Source: Bacteroidales bacterium
Lineage (GTDB): Bacteria > Bacteroidota > Bacteroidia > Bacteroidales > UBA4417
Assembly: GCA_038249705.1 (NCBI GenBank)
Contig: JBBSDC010000004.1
Span: forward strand, 1-60,769
Direction of reading: 5' to 3'
Length of the DNA: 60,769 bases
Shown here: one piece after another, positions 59,302 to 60,769 of the stretch
How the letters are laid out: the number at the start of each line of letters is the position of its first letter
Position numbering within the stretch: position 1 is the stretch's first letter
The notes under the pieces: generated by a model
Told to the model about the DNA's origin: nothing
The model's database searches: none
Seen by the model: the letters and a program-made list of their open reading frames with translations, nothing else
Translations under genes and position numbers: made by a program

Positions 59302-60045
59302 ATGACAATCTACAACAACATTCTTAATCAATCCAAAGCAGGCAAAAAACAGCTTGCCGTATTAATTGATCCGGATAAACTCCAGAACCATGATGTTGAA
59401 AAAATTGCTATAAATGCTGAAAAATCAGGAGTTGACTGTTTTTTTGTTGGCGGCAGTCTTTTGGTAAATAATGAACTCGACCACTGTATTAAAACGCTGA
59501 AAGCCAATAGTAAAATCCCTGTAATCCTTTTTCCCGGCAACACTATGCAAATGAGCTGGAAGGCCGATGCCATACTTTTCCTATCGCTCATCAGTGGCCG
59601 GAATGCCGAAATGCTGATCGGACGCCATGTTATTGCTGCACCGCACTTAAGAATGAGCCCTTTGGAAGTTATTTCATGCGGTTATATGCTGATCGAAAGC
59701 GGTAAAAGTACAGCCGTTCAATACATGAGCAATACAGTTCCGATACCTTCGGATAAAATGGATATAGCTATCTGCACAGCAATGGCGGGCGAAATGCTGG
59801 GATTAAAACTTATTTACCTCGAAGCCGGAAGCGGTGCACAACAAAGTGTTCCGGTTCAAATGATTGAACAGGTAAAGCAGAACATACGCATTCCAATGAT
59901 TGTTGGAGGTGGCATACGCACGCCCGAAAAAGCAAATGAAGCCGCTGCAGCCGGCGCCGATATTATTGTAGTAGGAACCGCATTTGAAAAAAAATCAGAG
60001 TTGATAGCCGAAATAGCAGATGCGGTGCATAGGGCAGGGAATTAA
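59302..60045 (+). CDS. pcrB: Geranylgeranylglyceryl/heptaprenylglyceryl phosphate synthase (PcrB family, group II-like)
   Basis: LIDPDK, VGGS, ILFPG, ADAILFLSLISGRN, GYMLI, IYLEAGSGA, IVGGGIRT, GADIIVVGT. Confidence 0.9.
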   Translation: MTIYNNILNQSKAGKKQLAVLIDPDKLQNHDVEKIAINAEKSGVDCFFVGGSLLVNNELDHCIKTLKANSKIPVILFPGNTMQMSWKADAILFLSLISGRNAEMLIGRHVIAAPHLRMSPLEVISCGYMLIESGKSTAVQYMSNTVPIPSDKMDIAICTAMAGEMLGLKLIYLEAGSGAQQSVPVQMIEQVKQNIRIPMIVGGGIRTPEKANEAAAAGADIIVVGTAFEKKSELIAEIADAVHRAGN

Positions 60046-60099
60046 TTATGATCTCCTATTTTCAGCAGTTCCAAAAAAAATTCAGTTAATGATTATCAG

Positions 60100-60769
60100 A
60101 TGGAGAAATTTCAAGGGAAATATCGTATTTCATCTACCCGGCTTAAATCCTGGGATTATGCATCAGAAGGAATATACTTTATTACAATTTGCACAAAAAA
60201 CAGAGAGCATTATTTGGGCGAAATTGTACGATCTATCAGAAAACAAAATGAAATGAAGCTCTCTGTATTAGGGATGGCAGTTGAAATGGAATGGTTGAGA
60301 ACACCAGAAATAAGGCCGGATATGAACCTTTCCTTAGGAGAATATCAGGTAATGCCAAATCATTTTCATGCCATTTTGATAATTGGCGAAAATCAATTTA
60401 ATACAAATAAAACGATAGATGATCCGCGCACAAATCCTGCCGATCCCCGTAGAGACGCGATGCTCGCGTCTCTGAACAATTCAGATTCCAAATCAGATAC
60501 AGACGCGATGCTCGCGTCTCTGAACAATTCAGATTCCAAATCAGATACAGACGCGATGCTCGCGTCTCTGAACAATTCAGATTCCAAATCATATCCAGAC
60601 GCCATGCTCGCGTCTCTGAACAATTCAGATTCCAAATCAGATCCAGACGCGATGCTCGCGTCTCTGAACGATCCGGATTTCAATCAAATTTCCGAATTGG
60701 AGTACCAGATGATCATACAAAGCAATACAAAAGGAATAAACAAATTTGCCCCTCAATCGAAAAATTTAG
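60100..60769 (+). mobile_element. REP-associated tyrosine (Y1/HUH) transposase, RAYT-like; 3'-truncated by the window end
   Basis: Open frame from ATG 60100 to the end: MEKFQGKYRISSTRLKSWDYASEGIYFITICTKNRE..YQVMPNHFHAILII..NKFAPQSKNL; HUH = HFH; absent from the ORF track, probably because there is no stop codon. Confidence 0.88.
60449..60669 (+). repeat. GTAG-REP hairpin and in-frame 48-bp tandem array (about 4.5 units) inside the RAYT gene
   Basis: Unit AGACGCGATGCTCGCGTCTCTGAACAATTCAGATTCCAAATCAGATAC at 60453, 60501, 60549, 60597, 60645; encodes DAMLASLNNSDSKSD(T/P). Confidence 0.95.

Noticed and set aside
60449-60669. CRISPR array (palindromic repeats at regular spacing)
   Set aside because: The intervening segments are near-identical rather than unique spacers, the array is in frame within a transposase ORF, and no cas genes are present
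60020-60683. Track ORFs 60020-60256 (+), 60393-60683 (-) and 60398-60592 (-)
   Set aside because: Alternative-frame or antisense shadows of the RAYT gene and its repeat
1-60769. rRNA, tRNA, prophage or defence-system genes
   Set aside because: None recognised by eye; tRNAscan and defence-system HMM searches were not run

Overview
Chromosomal segment of a Bacteroidota bacterium, probably an anaerobic Bacteroidales-type organism (inferred from T9SS cargo proteins, a PorV paralog, TAnnTTTG promoters and futalosine-pathway MqnC). It is mostly housekeeping: nucleotide-sugar/LPS genes (rfbB, galE, WbpD/WbpE-like, waaA, lpxH), mqnC, ahcY, greA, pabA/B/C, purF, pfkA, tilS, dsbD, SAM-I riboswitch-metH-metF and a GGGP-synthase-family gene. 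The most notable elements are: (1) a three-gene outer-membrane module of a TonB-dependent-like barrel, a 1.4-kaa protein with an atypical C-terminal sorting domain, and a dedicated PorV-like barrel; (2) a TetR-like gene, an SqrD-like sulfide:quinone oxidoreductase and an uncalled 53-aa amphipathic ORF; (3) an uncalled, window-truncated REP-associated Y1/HUH transposase whose coding sequence carries a GTAG-REP hairpin amplified as an in-frame 48-bp array; (4) several intergenic REP-like palindromes, one nested inside another, and 7-nt-period repeats just after stop codons; (5) a perfect sigma54 promoter ahead of a DUF6600-like gene. Family names come from recognised motifs and memory; no database search was run.
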